Assembly (NCBI GenBank): GCA_963803435.1
Contig: CAWDML010000009.1
Span: forward strand, 672,001-736,000
DNA length: 64,000 nt
Source: an uncultured delta proteobacterium
GTDB taxonomy: Bacteria; Myxococcota; Kuafuiibacteriia; Kuafuiibacteriales; Kuafuiibacteriaceae
Direction: 5' to 3'
How positions within the stretch are numbered: position 1 is the stretch's first letter; each line of letters begins with the position of its first letter. A model generated the notes under the pieces. It was not told the DNA's origin, searched no databases, and was given only the letters and a program-made list of their open reading frames with translations. Below, piece after piece: positions 42,224-52,140 of the stretch. The translations under genes and the position numbers were made by a program.

Positions 42224-42236
42224 CGACCGGAAATTC

Positions 42237-45200
42237 TTACACAGCCTTGAGCTTTCTGTCCTGATCGGAAATCACGTCCACCGGCACGATCTTGGAGATA
42301 CCGGGCTCCTCCATCGTCACGCCGTAGAGGCGATCCGGCAGCTCCATGGTCCGCTTGTTGTGCGTGATCAGGATGAACTGCGACACCGCCGACATGTCCC
42401 GCACCATCTCGTTGTAGCGGCCCACGTTCGCCTCGTCGAGCGGGGCGTCGACCTCGTCCAGGAGGCAGAAGGGTGTGGGCTTGATCAGGAAGATGCTGAA
42501 GATCAGCGCGACCGCCGTCAGCGCCTTCTCGCCACCGGAGAGGAGGTTCACACTCTGCAGCTTCTTGCCGGGCGGCTGGGACAGCATCTCGATGCCCGAC
42601 TCGAGCGGATCGCTCTCGTCCACCATCACCAGCGAGGCCCGGCCGCCGTTGAAGAGCTTCGGGAACACCTCCTGAAACTTCTCGTTCACCAGGCGGAACG
42701 CCTCGACGTAGCGCTCTTTGCTCGTCTTGTTGATCCGCTTGATCGCGTTCTTCAACGAGGTGATCGCGTCCTCGAGATCCTTCTTCTGGTTGGCCAGGAA
42801 CTCGTAGCGTTGTTTGACCTCTTCGTACTCTTCGATCGCGGTGAGGTTGATCGGGCCGATGCCGTCGATCTGCTTGCGCAGCTTCTCGGCGCGCTTCCTG
42901 TGCTCGTCGCTCTGAACCTCGATCAGGTGATACTCGCCGACGATCTCGGCCAGGGTCAGCCGGTAGCGCTCGTCGATCTGCTCGGCCAGCGACTCCCGCG
43001 CCAGCTCGTGCTCGCGGACGCGCATCGCCGCCGCCCCCAGGTCCTCCTTGAACGCGTCGATCTGCTTCCGCTTGCCCTTCAGGTCGGCGTCTTCGGCCTT
43101 GATGCGGGCGTCGTCCTTCTCGAGCTCACGGCGGGCCTCGCCGACCGCCAGCCGCTCCTGATCGAGGACCGCCTCCAGGTGCGCGCCCTGCTGCTCGGCG
43201 TTCGTGACCCGATCCCCGATCCGCATCAGCTCTTCTGCGGACAGCCCGATGATCTCCTGAAGCCGCTCGAGCCGCGCCGCCACCTCCACTCGCCGCTTCT
43301 CGATCCGCTCGAGGGCGCGCCGGCTGCTCACCTGCTTCTCGCGGTTCGCGGCCACCGTCACCTTCAGCTCGGTCAGCTGATCCTGGAGGGTCTCGACCTC
43401 CTGGCGGAGCCGCGTGGCCTCCTCGGATCGTTCGCCGACGCGGGACTCGGAGGCGATCTTTTGCGCCTCGAGGTCGGCGATCTGCGCGCGGGAGGACTCG
43501 GCCTCGGCGCCCAGATCGGCCCGCATCTTCCGCATCATCTCGACCTCTTCGCCCAGCGAGCGCTTCTCGTCCTCCTCGCGCTGCACGTCGGCGGTGAGCC
43601 GCTCGAGCTTCTGCTCCAGGTTCACGATCGAGATCTCGCCCTGGTGACGCTCCTGGGCCAGCCGCTCCATCGTGCGCTCCAGGTCGTGGATGCGCTGCTT
43701 CAGGGCGGCGAATCGCTCCTCGGCGATCGTGGCCTTCGCCTCCAGCATGCGAACGTGATCCGACAGCTCGTTGATCTCCCGCTTCTGCGCCAGCATGCCC
43801 GCAGATACGCCTTCGCCCGAGCCTCCGGTCAGCACGCCCACCGGATCGAGCACATCGCCCGAGAGCGTCACCAGCGTCTTGCGGTGGCCGTTCTCGCGCC
43901 ACATTCGGCGCGCGTGGGCGAGCTCCTCCACCACCACCACGTCGCCCAGGAGGACGCGGGCCACGTGCTCGTAGCCCGGCTGCGCCTTCACCAGATCCAC
44001 CATCTTCCCGCACACGCCGGGCGAGCCCAGATCCGGCCAGACCTCGTCCTCCTGGTAGATGACGGTGTCCTCCTCCGCGATCGGCAGGCCCGTCGCGTGG
44101 GCCGGCACCGAGGACGGCAGCGCCTCCGGGAGCTCGGTCGCGTCGCCCTTGGCCGGCGGCCGCGACGACACCAGCTTGCGCGGCGCCCACGACGCGTGAT
44201 CCTCCCGGAGGTCCAGCGGGATGAAGCTCGAGCGTCCCTGCTGGCTCTCCTTGAGGTAGTCGATGGTCGACACGCCGTCGGCCTGGCTGTTCACGATGAC
44301 GTACTGGAGCCGATCCCCGAGCACCGCCTCCACCGCCGCCTCGAAGCGAGGCTCGGCGCTCACCACGTCGGCGACCAGGCCGTGGAGCGTCCGCGCCAGA
44401 TCCGGATCCTTCTCCTTGCGCCGCATGATGGTCCGGACCGCGGCCGTGCAGCCCTCGTAGTTCTTCTGGATCTCCAGCAGACTGTTCAACCGGGAGCGCC
44501 GGTCCAAGAGCGCCTCGCGGGTCTCGAGGAGCTGGCCCTCGGTCTCGGTCAGCTCGACCCGCATCTGTCCCAGCGCGTGCTCCTGCTCGGTCCGCTTCTC
44601 CTCCAGCGCCAGCTTGAGCTGGCGGTTGTCCTTGAGCGTGGCCTCGATCTCCTGCGCCTGCTTGTGGGCCTCGCGCTCCCGGCCGGCGGCCTCCTTCTTC
44701 ACCCGGACCTTCTGGTCAATCCGCATCGCCAGATCGCCGTCCTGCCGCTCGAGGTTGGCCAGGTTGTTCTTCTGCTCGGCGATCGCGGTGAGGGCGTCGA
44801 CCATCGACTGCTTCTCGTGCTCCAGCTCGGCCTCCACCGCCGCGATCCGCGAGGTGAGCTCCGACTGCTGCTGCTGCGTCCACTCCAGCGCGTCCTGCTC
44901 CTGGCCGCCGGACGCGTCGAGCGTGGCGTCGATCGACTCGGCCTCCGCCCGCTCGGCGCGCAGCGTCTCGGCCTCCGCCTCCAGGGCCGCGCGCTCGGCC
45001 TCGGCCTCGGCCCGGCGCTCCTCGAGCTTCTCCTTCTCGCGCTCCAGGAACTCGACGTTGTTCAGCGCCAGCGCGTGCGCCTGCTGGTGCTCGTGGATCT
45101 GGGCCTCGCGCAAGCGGAGCTCCTGATCCCGACCCGACAGCCACTCGTGCGCCGACAGCAGCGCCGCCTCGTCGTGCTCGAGGGCCTGCTCGCGCGCGTC

Positions 45201-45974
45201 GATCTCGAGCCGCAGCGACTCGGCCCGCCCGGCCTCGAAGCGCTCCAGCGTGCACAGCTCGAGGTGACGGTGGGCCGCGCCGTGCAGATCGAGCGTCCGC
45301 AGCTCGTCCTTGATCGCCTTGTACTTCTCCGCCTTCTCCGCCTGCTTCTCCAGGCTCTTCAGGCGCTGCTCCAGCTCGTCGGTGATGTCGGTGACCCGCA
45401 GGAGGTTCTGCTCGGTGGCCTCGATCCGACGCTCGGCCTGCTTGCGGCGCGCCTTGTAGCGGCTGACGCCGGCGGCGTCCTCGATGAACGCCCGCCGATC
45501 CTCGGGCTTGGCCGTCACGATCATGCCGATCCGGCCCTGCTCGATGATCGAGTAGGCGTTCTTGCCAATGCCGGTCCCCATGAAGAGATCGAGGACGTCG
45601 CGCAGCCGGCAGGCGATCTTGTTGATGGCGTACTCGGAGGTCCCGTCCCGGAAGAGCCGGCGGGTCACGCTGATCTCCTCGCACCGCTGGTACTCGGGCG
45701 GGACCAGGTTGCCGTCGTTCTTGAACGAGATCGTGACCTCGGAGAACCCGCTCGGGCCCCGGGACTCGCAGCCGGAGAAGATGACGTCCTGCATCCCCGA
45801 TCCGCGGAGGTGCTTGGCGCTCTGCTCGCCCATCACCCAGCGGATCGCGTCGACGATGTTGGACTTCCCGCAGCCGTTCGGGCCCACCACCCCCGTGATC
45901 CCTTCGCCGAACCGGAGGACGGTCCGATCCGCGAAGCTCTTGAACCCCTGAATCTCCAGGCGGCGAATCTTCAT
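42237..45974 (-). CDS. smc: Chromosome segregation protein SMC
   Basis: GFKSF, GPNGCGKSN, hinge GRSSFIPL, LSGGEK, LDEVDAPLD. Confidence 0.97.
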   Translation of the reverse strand: MKIRRLEIQGFKSFADRTVLRFGEGITGVVGPNGCGKSNIVDAIRWVMGEQSAKHLRGSGMQDVIFSGCESRGPSGFSEVTISFKNDGNLVPPEYQRCEEISVTRRLFRDGTSEYAINKIACRLRDVLDLFMGTGIGKNAYSIIEQGRIGMIVTAKPEDRRAFIEDAAGVSRYKARRKQAERRIEATEQNLLRVTDITDELEQRLKSLEKQAEKAEKYKAIKDELRTLDLHGAAHRHLELCTLERFEAGRAESLRLEIDAREQALEHDEAALLSAHEWLSGRDQELRLREAQIHEHQQAHALALNNVEFLEREKEKLEERRAEAEAERAALEAEAETLRAERAEAESIDATLDASGGQEQDALEWTQQQQSELTSRIAAVEAELEHEKQSMVDALTAIAEQKNNLANLERQDGDLAMRIDQKVRVKKEAAGREREAHKQAQEIEATLKDNRQLKLALEEKRTEQEHALGQMRVELTETEGQLLETREALLDRRSRLNSLLEIQKNYEGCTAAVRTIMRRKEKDPDLARTLHGLVADVVSAEPRFEAAVEAVLGDRLQYVIVNSQADGVSTIDYLKESQQGRSSFIPLDLREDHASWAPRKLVSSRPPAKGDATELPEALPSSVPAHATGLPIAEEDTVIYQEDEVWPDLGSPGVCGKMVDLVKAQPGYEHVARVLLGDVVVVEELAHARRMWRENGHRKTLVTLSGDVLDPVGVLTGGSGEGVSAGMLAQKREINELSDHVRMLEAKATIAEERFAALKQRIHDLERTMERLAQERHQGEISIVNLEQKLERLTADVQREEDEKRSLGEEVEMMRKMRADLGAEAESSRAQIADLEAQKIASESRVGERSEEATRLRQEVETLQDQLTELKVTVAANREKQVSSRRALERIEKRRVEVAARLERLQEIIGLSAEELMRIGDRVTNAEQQGAHLEAVLDQERLAVGEARRELEKDDARIKAEDADLKGKRKQIDAFKEDLGAAAMRVREHELARESLAEQIDERYRLTLAEIVGEYHLIEVQSDEHRKRAEKLRKQIDGIGPINLTAIEEYEEVKQRYEFLANQKKDLEDAITSLKNAIKRINKTSKERYVEAFRLVNEKFQEVFPKLFNGGRASLVMVDESDPLESGIEMLSQPPGKKLQSVNLLSGGEKALTAVALIFSIFLIKPTPFCLLDEVDAPLDEANVGRYNEMVRDMSAVSQFILITHNKRTMELPDRLYGVTMEEPGISKIVPVDVISDQDRKLKAV

Positions 45975-46066
45975 CGACGCTCGTTCTCTACCGGTGATGA
46001 ACTTCCAGTGCAACCCTCAATGTTGGGGGTCTCATCCTCGAGCACCGCAACATCTTGGGTCCCGTG

Positions 46067-46516
46067 TCATCCCACCTGGGCGCGCGGGGTCAGCGGGAGC
46101 GGGAGCCCGAGCGCCCCGAGCGCCGCCTCGATCCGGGTCGCCAGCACCTCCACGTCCGGGTGCGACACCGGCACGTGGCCCAAGAGCACCAGCGCGGCCT
46201 GGAGGGTCTCGCCGTTCACCTGGCTATCGAAGTCGAGGAGCCCCGTCTTGCCCATGTAGGCGGCGACGCCGCCCTCGTGGCAGAGGCCGGTCATCAGATC
46301 GTCGCTCTTCAGGACCACCGTGCGGCCGAAGAAGGTCAGCTCCTGCTGCTCGACCGCGCCGTCCTCGCCGTGCAGCGTGAAGAGATCGCTGGGCCCGGGC
46401 CCTTGGATCCAGGTCACCCGGGGCTTCGAGGTCCGGATCGGACGCATCTTCTCGCCGGCCTTGGCGAGCTTGGTCTCACGCGGGAGCGGCGGACGATAGA
46501 GGCCGGTGGTCCCCAA
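46067..46516 (-). CDS. Hypothetical protein
   Basis: Protein-like ORF between the TPR gene and smc on the same strand; start could be 46447. Confidence 0.65.
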   Translation of the reverse strand: MGTTGLYRPPLPRETKLAKAGEKMRPIRTSKPRVTWIQGPGPSDLFTLHGEDGAVEQQELTFFGRTVVLKSDDLMTGLCHEGGVAAYMGKTGLLDFDSQVNGETLQAALVLLGHVPVSHPDVEVLATRIEAALGALGLPLPLTPRAQVG

Positions 46517-46527
46517 CGTCGCCCATT

Positions 46528-47361
46528 CTATCCCATCAGCGCGACGAACTCCGGATCATCCCGGAGGCTGTCGAACATCCGATCGCTCTCGTACCAGGAT
46601 CGGGCCCGCTCGGGGTCGAGCCCCAGCGCGTCCGACAGACGCTTTTGCGCGTCCTTTGGCCGGCCCCACGCGGCGTACAGCGCGGCCAGGTGATAGGGCG
46701 CCAGCACTTCGCTCGGATCCACGTCCACGGCCGCCGCGAACGATCGCTCCGCCTCGGCGTAGAAGCCTTGGGCCGAGTACGCGATGCCGAGATCGATCAG
46801 CGCGTCGATGTTGTCGGCCTCGACCTTCACCACATCCTTCAGGTGGCGGATCGCCTCCGCGAACTCGCCGACGTCGATCAGCGAGGCGGCCAGCTCTTGC
46901 TTCGCGCCCAGGTCGTCGGGATCGAGATCGCAAGCGATGCGGAACTCGGCGATCGCCTTCTCGTGATCGCCAGCGTCGACGTAGCAGAGCCCGAGGTTCA
47001 CGTGCGCGTCCGGATAGTCGTACTCGAGCCGGATCGCGCTCAGGTACTCCTCGATCGCCATCTGGTGTGCCTGGGAGGAGAGGAAGCAGGCGATGTTGTA
47101 ATGGGCGGTCGGGCTCTCCGGCTCGAGACGGATCGCCTCCAGGTACTCGCGAAGCGCGTCGAGGAACTGGCCTTGCTCGCTGTAGACCGTCGCCAGGTTG
47201 TCGTGGGCGTGTGCCGACTCCGGGTCCAGCTCGATCGCCTTCTTGAAGGCGCGGACCGCTTCGTCGAACCACTTCCTGTCTGCGGCCTCGATGCCGCGCG
47301 CGTTGTACTGATCGCTCTCCAGTTGCCGGCGAACACGATCCCCGTCATCGCTGGAAGACAT
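46528..47361 (-). CDS. Tetratricopeptide repeat protein
   Basis: Repeated AIxLxP..AHxNL TPR units. Confidence 0.9.
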   Translation of the reverse strand: MSSSDDGDRVRRQLESDQYNARGIEAADRKWFDEAVRAFKKAIELDPESAHAHDNLATVYSEQGQFLDALREYLEAIRLEPESPTAHYNIACFLSSQAHQMAIEEYLSAIRLEYDYPDAHVNLGLCYVDAGDHEKAIAEFRIACDLDPDDLGAKQELAASLIDVGEFAEAIRHLKDVVKVEADNIDALIDLGIAYSAQGFYAEAERSFAAAVDVDPSEVLAPYHLAALYAAWGRPKDAQKRLSDALGLDPERARSWYESDRMFDSLRDDPEFVALMG

Positions 47362-47450
47362 GGAGGTTCAGCCGATTACCCACAGGGGTGGGGGAGGTCA
47401 ACGCCTTCTCCGTTGTCCACAGCGACACGGTCTGCATACGCTCGCCCCCG

Positions 47451-48176
47451 ATGAGGACTCTGGCGCTGCTTGGGCTCTTCCTGCTGGGGATCGGATGCGG
47501 CCGGCGAGAGAAGCCGCCGGAGCAGATTCCGACGAAGGAGCAGGTCCGTGACTTCTATGCGCTCAACGCCAACAGCTGCTGGCTGTACCGGTACAACCAG
47601 AACCTGCGCCTCTCGATCACGGTCTCCGAGCCCAACAACCGTGTGATCGCCGATCGGACGGTCTACATCCTCAAGTTCAACCGCCTCACCGGGGGTGGGC
47701 TGCCGGACGAGTGGTACCTGGACGCGGAGACCAGCCCGGACATCCTGCTCTTGCGCACCGTCACGGGCGCCGCCGAGCCCCGGGAGACGGCGAAGTACGA
47801 CGAGATGCCGCCGCTGTTCGCGGAGTTCATCCTCGACACCATGAACGAGGCCGGCCTCACCGTCGGCGAGCGGTTCGAGACCGAGACCACGCCGCTCGAC
47901 AAGGACGACAACCCGCTCCCGATCGAGCAGCACCGCTGGACGGTGCAGCGCGACGACGAGATGGTGACCACCTCGAGCGGAGCTGCGACCGCCGTGACCC
48001 TCGAGTACCGAAAGAACGGTACGCCCTCGACCTGGTGGCTGGTCCCCGGTTACGGGTTTGCGAAGTTCCAGCAGTTCGACGGCACCACGTATCAAGTCTG
48101 CGACGCGCGCGTCTGCGACAGCAGCGGCGCCTGTACCGGCGCGGCCGACTGCCTGTCGCTCGAATGCCCGCGCTGA
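47451..48176 (+). CDS. Hypothetical lipoprotein
   Basis: MRTLALLGLFLLGIGC lipobox; WWLVPGYGFAK; Cys-rich C-terminus. Confidence 0.75.
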   Translation: MRTLALLGLFLLGIGCGRREKPPEQIPTKEQVRDFYALNANSCWLYRYNQNLRLSITVSEPNNRVIADRTVYILKFNRLTGGGLPDEWYLDAETSPDILLLRTVTGAAEPRETAKYDEMPPLFAEFILDTMNEAGLTVGERFETETTPLDKDDNPLPIEQHRWTVQRDDEMVTTSSGAATAVTLEYRKNGTPSTWWLVPGYGFAKFQQFDGTTYQVCDARVCDSSGACTGAADCLSLECPR

Positions 48177-48186
48177 AGGGAACGCC

Positions 48187-49008
48187 ATGAAAGCCATCAG
48201 AGCCTCGATCGTCATCGCCACGCTCGCGGGGGCATGCGCCTCCCAGAAGGCCGCCTCTGGACCCCAGGACGTGGCGGTCCGCGTGAATCAGCTGTTCCCG
48301 AAGAACAAGAGCCTCGACGCCTCGTCGATCGCGGTGAAGCTGGAACTGTTCAACCCGCGGGGCAAGGGCGTCACGATCGACAAGATCGACTACGTGATCG
48401 ACACGGGCGACGTCAGCGGCAAGGTCAACGGCTCGAGCGCCGGCGGTGCGACGCTGGAGTCGCAGCAGACGGCCGAGGTCGAGTTCGAGCAGGCCATCCC
48501 GCTGCCCAAGGATCGGGGCGAGTACCAGCGCGTGCTGGAGAAGGGCGTGATCCCGGTGAGCGTGATGGGGACCGTCCACTTCGACGATGGATCGAGCAGC
48601 GACTTCGAACGCAACGGATCGGTGTCGACGCCCACGCTCCCGAAGTTCATCGTCTACGACGCACAGGCGGCGCGCTACGGCGACGAGGGGCTCGACGTCA
48701 CGTTCTTCCTGCGGTTGATCAACGAGAACGTCTTCTCGGTGACGATCGAGCAGGTCGAGTACACGGTCGCGATCAACGGCAAGGATCTGAAGACGGAGAG
48801 CGGCGCGATCGGATCGCGGCTCCCGTCGGGCGCCGGACAAGAGTTCGAAGTGGGCGTGATCCTCGACCCCAAGTCGTTCGGCGACGTGAAGTCGATCCTC
48901 GACAGAGGAAAGTTCGACTACACCGTGACCGCGAAGGTCCAGGTCGCCGGCCTCGAGCTGCCGTTCGAATATTCGAAAGAGATCGAGCTCGGAAGCGGGG
49001 AAGAATGA
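48187..49008 (+). CDS. LEA type 2 (WHy) domain lipoprotein, two domains
   Basis: LAGAC lipobox; LFNPR..IDKIDY and LINEN..IEQVEY repeats. Confidence 0.8.
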   Translation: MKAIRASIVIATLAGACASQKAASGPQDVAVRVNQLFPKNKSLDASSIAVKLELFNPRGKGVTIDKIDYVIDTGDVSGKVNGSSAGGATLESQQTAEVEFEQAIPLPKDRGEYQRVLEKGVIPVSVMGTVHFDDGSSSDFERNGSVSTPTLPKFIVYDAQAARYGDEGLDVTFFLRLINENVFSVTIEQVEYTVAINGKDLKTESGAIGSRLPSGAGQEFEVGVILDPKSFGDVKSILDRGKFDYTVTAKVQVAGLELPFEYSKEIELGSGEE

Positions 49009-49014
49009 GGAGGA

Positions 49015-49203
49015 TTACTTGCCTTCGTCCCGGCTCTCGATGACATCGTTGGCCGAAGGGATCTTGCGAAGGTCGTCGCGGGCCACGCGCCACGCTTGCT
49101 GAACGATCCAGGAGAGAGATCGGTCTTGCCGACGAGCCTCCCGCTGCATCTCCTCGAGCATGTCTTGTGGGAAGTAGAGGGATTGCTTGACGCCACCGCT
49201 CAT
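49015..49203 (-). CDS. TIGR04563 (MXAN_4361/4362-like) small ribbon-helix-helix-type protein
   Basis: KQSLYFPQDMLEEMQREARRQDRSLSWIVQQAW. Confidence 0.88.
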   Translation of the reverse strand: MSGGVKQSLYFPQDMLEEMQREARRQDRSLSWIVQQAWRVARDDLRKIPSANDVIESRDEGK

Positions 49204-49229
49204 GGTTGCTCCACGGTATAGCCTCGACC

Positions 49230-49273
49230 CCGGAACCACCTCAACGCTTACAGCGTCGAGGGTGGTGATCCGG
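49230..49273. other. Intergenic stem-loop between the two paralogues
   Basis: CCGGAACCACCTCAACGCT-TAC-AGCGTCGAGGGTGGTGATCCGG imperfect inverted repeat. Confidence 0.45.
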
Positions 49274-49283
49274 TGTGCGAGCG

Positions 49284-49475
49284 CTACTCCTCGCGACCCG
49301 ATTCGAGGACGTCGTTCACCGAGGGGAATCGCATGATCTCAGTGCGTGCAATCCGCCAGGCCTGCTGAACGATCCATGACAGCGAACGGTCCTGACGGTT
49401 CGCTTCATCCTGGATCTCTTTCAGCATCTCCTCGGGGAAGTAGAGGGATTGCTTTCGCTTGTCCGTATTCGCCAT
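49284..49475 (-). CDS. TIGR04563 (MXAN_4361/4362-like) small ribbon-helix-helix-type protein
   Basis: DKRKQSLYFPEEMLKEIQDEANRQDRSLSWIVQQAW. Confidence 0.9.
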   Translation of the reverse strand: MANTDKRKQSLYFPEEMLKEIQDEANRQDRSLSWIVQQAWRIARTEIMRFPSVNDVLESGREE

Positions 49476-49697
49476 TCGCTCCTCACCCAGTCATCGAGTC
49501 GACCACGATGTCGACGCTCAAAGTTGCCGACGATCCCGACGATTCCGTCAGGCGTGCGCATCATGTGGCCATCTGGAGATGCTGTCAAGAAGCGGGGGTG
49601 CTGGTAGCGTGTTGGATCTCGTGAGTGGTTCTGTAGGACGCGGCTTATCGTGAATTCTCGATCGGAACCCGTGTTTCGAGCAGTACCAAGGAGAGCC

Positions 49698-51281
49698 ATG
49701 TTTTCGCGCGCGGCGCTCCGTTTTCTCCTCCTCTGCCCCGTCGTCCTTCATTGTGCGTGCAGCAACGACGAGCTCACGAAGCTCAATCCCAAGATCCAAG
49801 TGGACCCTGAGGCGATCGACTTCGGGGAGGGGATCGTCGCGCGCGACAACGTGGTCTCGCTGGCGATCCGCAATCGCGGGAGCGGCGTGCTCCAGATCGA
49901 CGCGATCGACGTCGGCGGATCGGCGTTCTCGATCGGCGACATCCCGCGCACGATCCAGCCCTCCGCCGAGAAGCCGCTCGAGGTCGTCTTCGTGCCGGTG
50001 CGCGCGCACGAGACCTACAGCGGCGAGCTGGTGATCCACTCGAACGATCCGAGCACCCCCCAGCTGCACGTTCCATTGAGTGGAATCGGCGGGGTGCGTG
50101 AGATCGAAGTGAATCCGCCGGCGATCGACTTCGGCGTGGTCAACGAGGGGACCGCGCCCCGCCGCACGCTCGAGATCCGAAACATCGGCGGCGATCCGCT
50201 CGAGATCGCGTCGGTCGTGTTCACGTCCACCTCGGTGGACATGGGCCTGGTGCCTGGGACGTTCACCGGCGGGACGATCCTCCCGCTGACCTCAACGGTG
50301 GTCGAGATCGTGTATTCGCCTGTCGATCTCGGCTCCGACCACGGTGCGGTCACCATCACCTCGAACGACGAGGACGAGCCCAAGGTCGACGTGCCGGTGT
50401 CCGGGCGCGCCAACCTCGCCCCGCGCGCGATCGCGTGGGGCTGCGACAAGATCCCGGCACAGGTGGGCTGCGACGGACAGATGAAGGTGCGATCGCTCTC
50501 CGCCGGCTTCCGCCGGTTGGTCGGCCTCGACGGGCGAGACAGCTACGATCCCGAGGGGCGGCGAGTCACGGGCTACAGCTGGAAGATCATCGAGCGCCCC
50601 GCCGGAAGCAACGCCGCGATCTTCCACTCGGGCGACGACATCACGCTCCGCGGCCGCGCCACCGGAGACATCGAGGTCGATCGGGTGGGTCGCTTCGACC
50701 TGCGCCTGGTGGTGAAGGACGAGCGCGGCGTGGAGAGCCTCGATCGGCCCGAGTCGCACGTGATGATCCTGCCGAAAGATCTGGAGGTGCTGCTCCGCTG
50801 GGACATCAACACCGACGTCGATCTGCACCTGGTGCGGCCGGGCGGGGTCCCCGGTGACTACGGGACCGGCCGGGTCGGCACCAGCACCGGGAGCGACTGC
50901 TCGACCTTCAACCGGGAGCCCAACTGGAGCGATCCCGGCACGGCGCAGGACGATCCCAGCCTCGACAAGGACGACGTGAGCGGTAGCGGACCCGAGATCA
51001 TCAGCGTCGACTTCCCCGAGTCGAGCGGCCCGTACCAGGTCTACGCCCACTACTGTGACAGCCAGAATCTCAGCGTCGACGCCAACGTCACGATCGAGGT
51101 GCGCGTGCGCGGGACGCTGGTGGCCGTGGTGCCCGAGCACTCGGGCGGGTTCCGGCTCAATCCGGGAGAGCTGTGGCGGGGCGCCGAGCTCACGTGGGAT
51201 CCGGTGACCGAGACGGTCCAGGTGGTCGGCAACGAGGGCGGCACGCCCGATCTCAGACCGGAGCTTTGCCTGATCCAGTGA
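49698..51281 (+). CDS. Surface lipoprotein with choice-of-anchor D (Ig-like) repeats, a PKD-like domain and a YfaP-like domain
   Basis: HCAC lipobox; two P.AIDFG...I.SND units; LDGRDSYDPEG; LRWD..TDVDLHL..DDVSGSGPEII. Confidence 0.82.
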   Translation: MFSRAALRFLLLCPVVLHCACSNDELTKLNPKIQVDPEAIDFGEGIVARDNVVSLAIRNRGSGVLQIDAIDVGGSAFSIGDIPRTIQPSAEKPLEVVFVPVRAHETYSGELVIHSNDPSTPQLHVPLSGIGGVREIEVNPPAIDFGVVNEGTAPRRTLEIRNIGGDPLEIASVVFTSTSVDMGLVPGTFTGGTILPLTSTVVEIVYSPVDLGSDHGAVTITSNDEDEPKVDVPVSGRANLAPRAIAWGCDKIPAQVGCDGQMKVRSLSAGFRRLVGLDGRDSYDPEGRRVTGYSWKIIERPAGSNAAIFHSGDDITLRGRATGDIEVDRVGRFDLRLVVKDERGVESLDRPESHVMILPKDLEVLLRWDINTDVDLHLVRPGGVPGDYGTGRVGTSTGSDCSTFNREPNWSDPGTAQDDPSLDKDDVSGSGPEIISVDFPESSGPYQVYAHYCDSQNLSVDANVTIEVRVRGTLVAVVPEHSGGFRLNPGELWRGAELTWDPVTETVQVVGNEGGTPDLRPELCLIQ

Positions 51282-51711
51282 AGCGGGCCACCACCCGGTC
51301 CAGGCTCCAGGGGCCGGCGCCCTCGAGCACCAGCCACGCGAGAAACGCCAGGAACACCAGCGGCATGACGTCGGTGGGCGTGGTGTCGGAGCCGAGCGTG
51401 AACGCTGCGATCAGGGTGGGACGGTCGGCGGTCAGGAGCGCGACGATCATCGTCGAGGAGAGGAGCAGCGCGACCACCCGTGTGCCCAGTCCGAGGATCA
51501 GGAGCACGCCCCCCACCAGCTCGAGCGTGGCGATGAAGACAGCGTTGGCGGCCGGGAAGGGGAGGCCGAGATCGGTGAAGAACCCGATGACGCCGTCGAG
51601 GTTCCTCCACTTGCCGAGGCCGCTCTCGAGGAAGGCATGACCCATCAAGAGCCGCGTCGCGAGCGGAGCGAGGGGGCGGGCGAGGGCCAGCGCGCGCCGG
51701 AAGACTTGCAT
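51253..51711 (-). CDS. DoxX family membrane protein
   Basis: RLLMG..F..SG.GK, ELVGG.LLILGLGTR, GAGPWSLD. Confidence 0.9.
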   Translation of the reverse strand: MQVFRRALALARPLAPLATRLLMGHAFLESGLGKWRNLDGVIGFFTDLGLPFPAANAVFIATLELVGGVLLILGLGTRVVALLLSSTMIVALLTADRPTLIAAFTLGSDTTPTDVMPLVFLAFLAWLVLEGAGPWSLDRVVARFTGSGKAPV

Positions 51712-51712
51712 G

Positions 51713-52063
51713 TCAGGCCGCGCGGTCCGCATGGATGCGACCGTCGGCGAGGACGAACACGGTCGGTGGACGGTCCCACTCGAGCTCGATCAGGTGGATC
51801 GGGCGCGCCACGCCCATGTCGACGATGACCAGCTCGAAGTGGACGGCGCGTCGATCGTCGGCGCAGATCCAGGTGGGTAGCGGCGCGCCCTCGAGGAGGC
51901 GGGGCATCCCGAGCGCGAGCAATCGGCGCAGCGCGGCGAAGAGCGCCACCGCGAAGGGCTCGCCGTCGGGCGAGGCGAAGACGCGGATCCGGGTGACCTG
52001 CTCCGGCTCGGGCGAGGCGGCGATGGCGCGACAGATAGAGCGGGAGAGCGTGCTCGAATCCAT
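51713..52063 (-). CDS. Hypothetical protein
   Basis: ORF abuts the DoxX start on the same strand; no motif recognised. Confidence 0.5.
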   Translation of the reverse strand: MDSSTLSRSICRAIAASPEPEQVTRIRVFASPDGEPFAVALFAALRRLLALGMPRLLEGAPLPTWICADDRRAVHFELVIVDMGVARPIHLIELEWDRPPTVFVLADGRIHADRAA

Positions 52064-52140
52064 CTGCTAACGAAACGCGCGAGGGCCCCTCCAGGTTACA
52101 CTCGTTCCAGCAGATCGCCGGATTATCTCTGTTTTCAGTC

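Noticed and set aside
44030-44205. Intein in SMC
   Set aside because: Too short, and it lacks the N-terminal Cys/Ser block and the C-terminal His-Asn.
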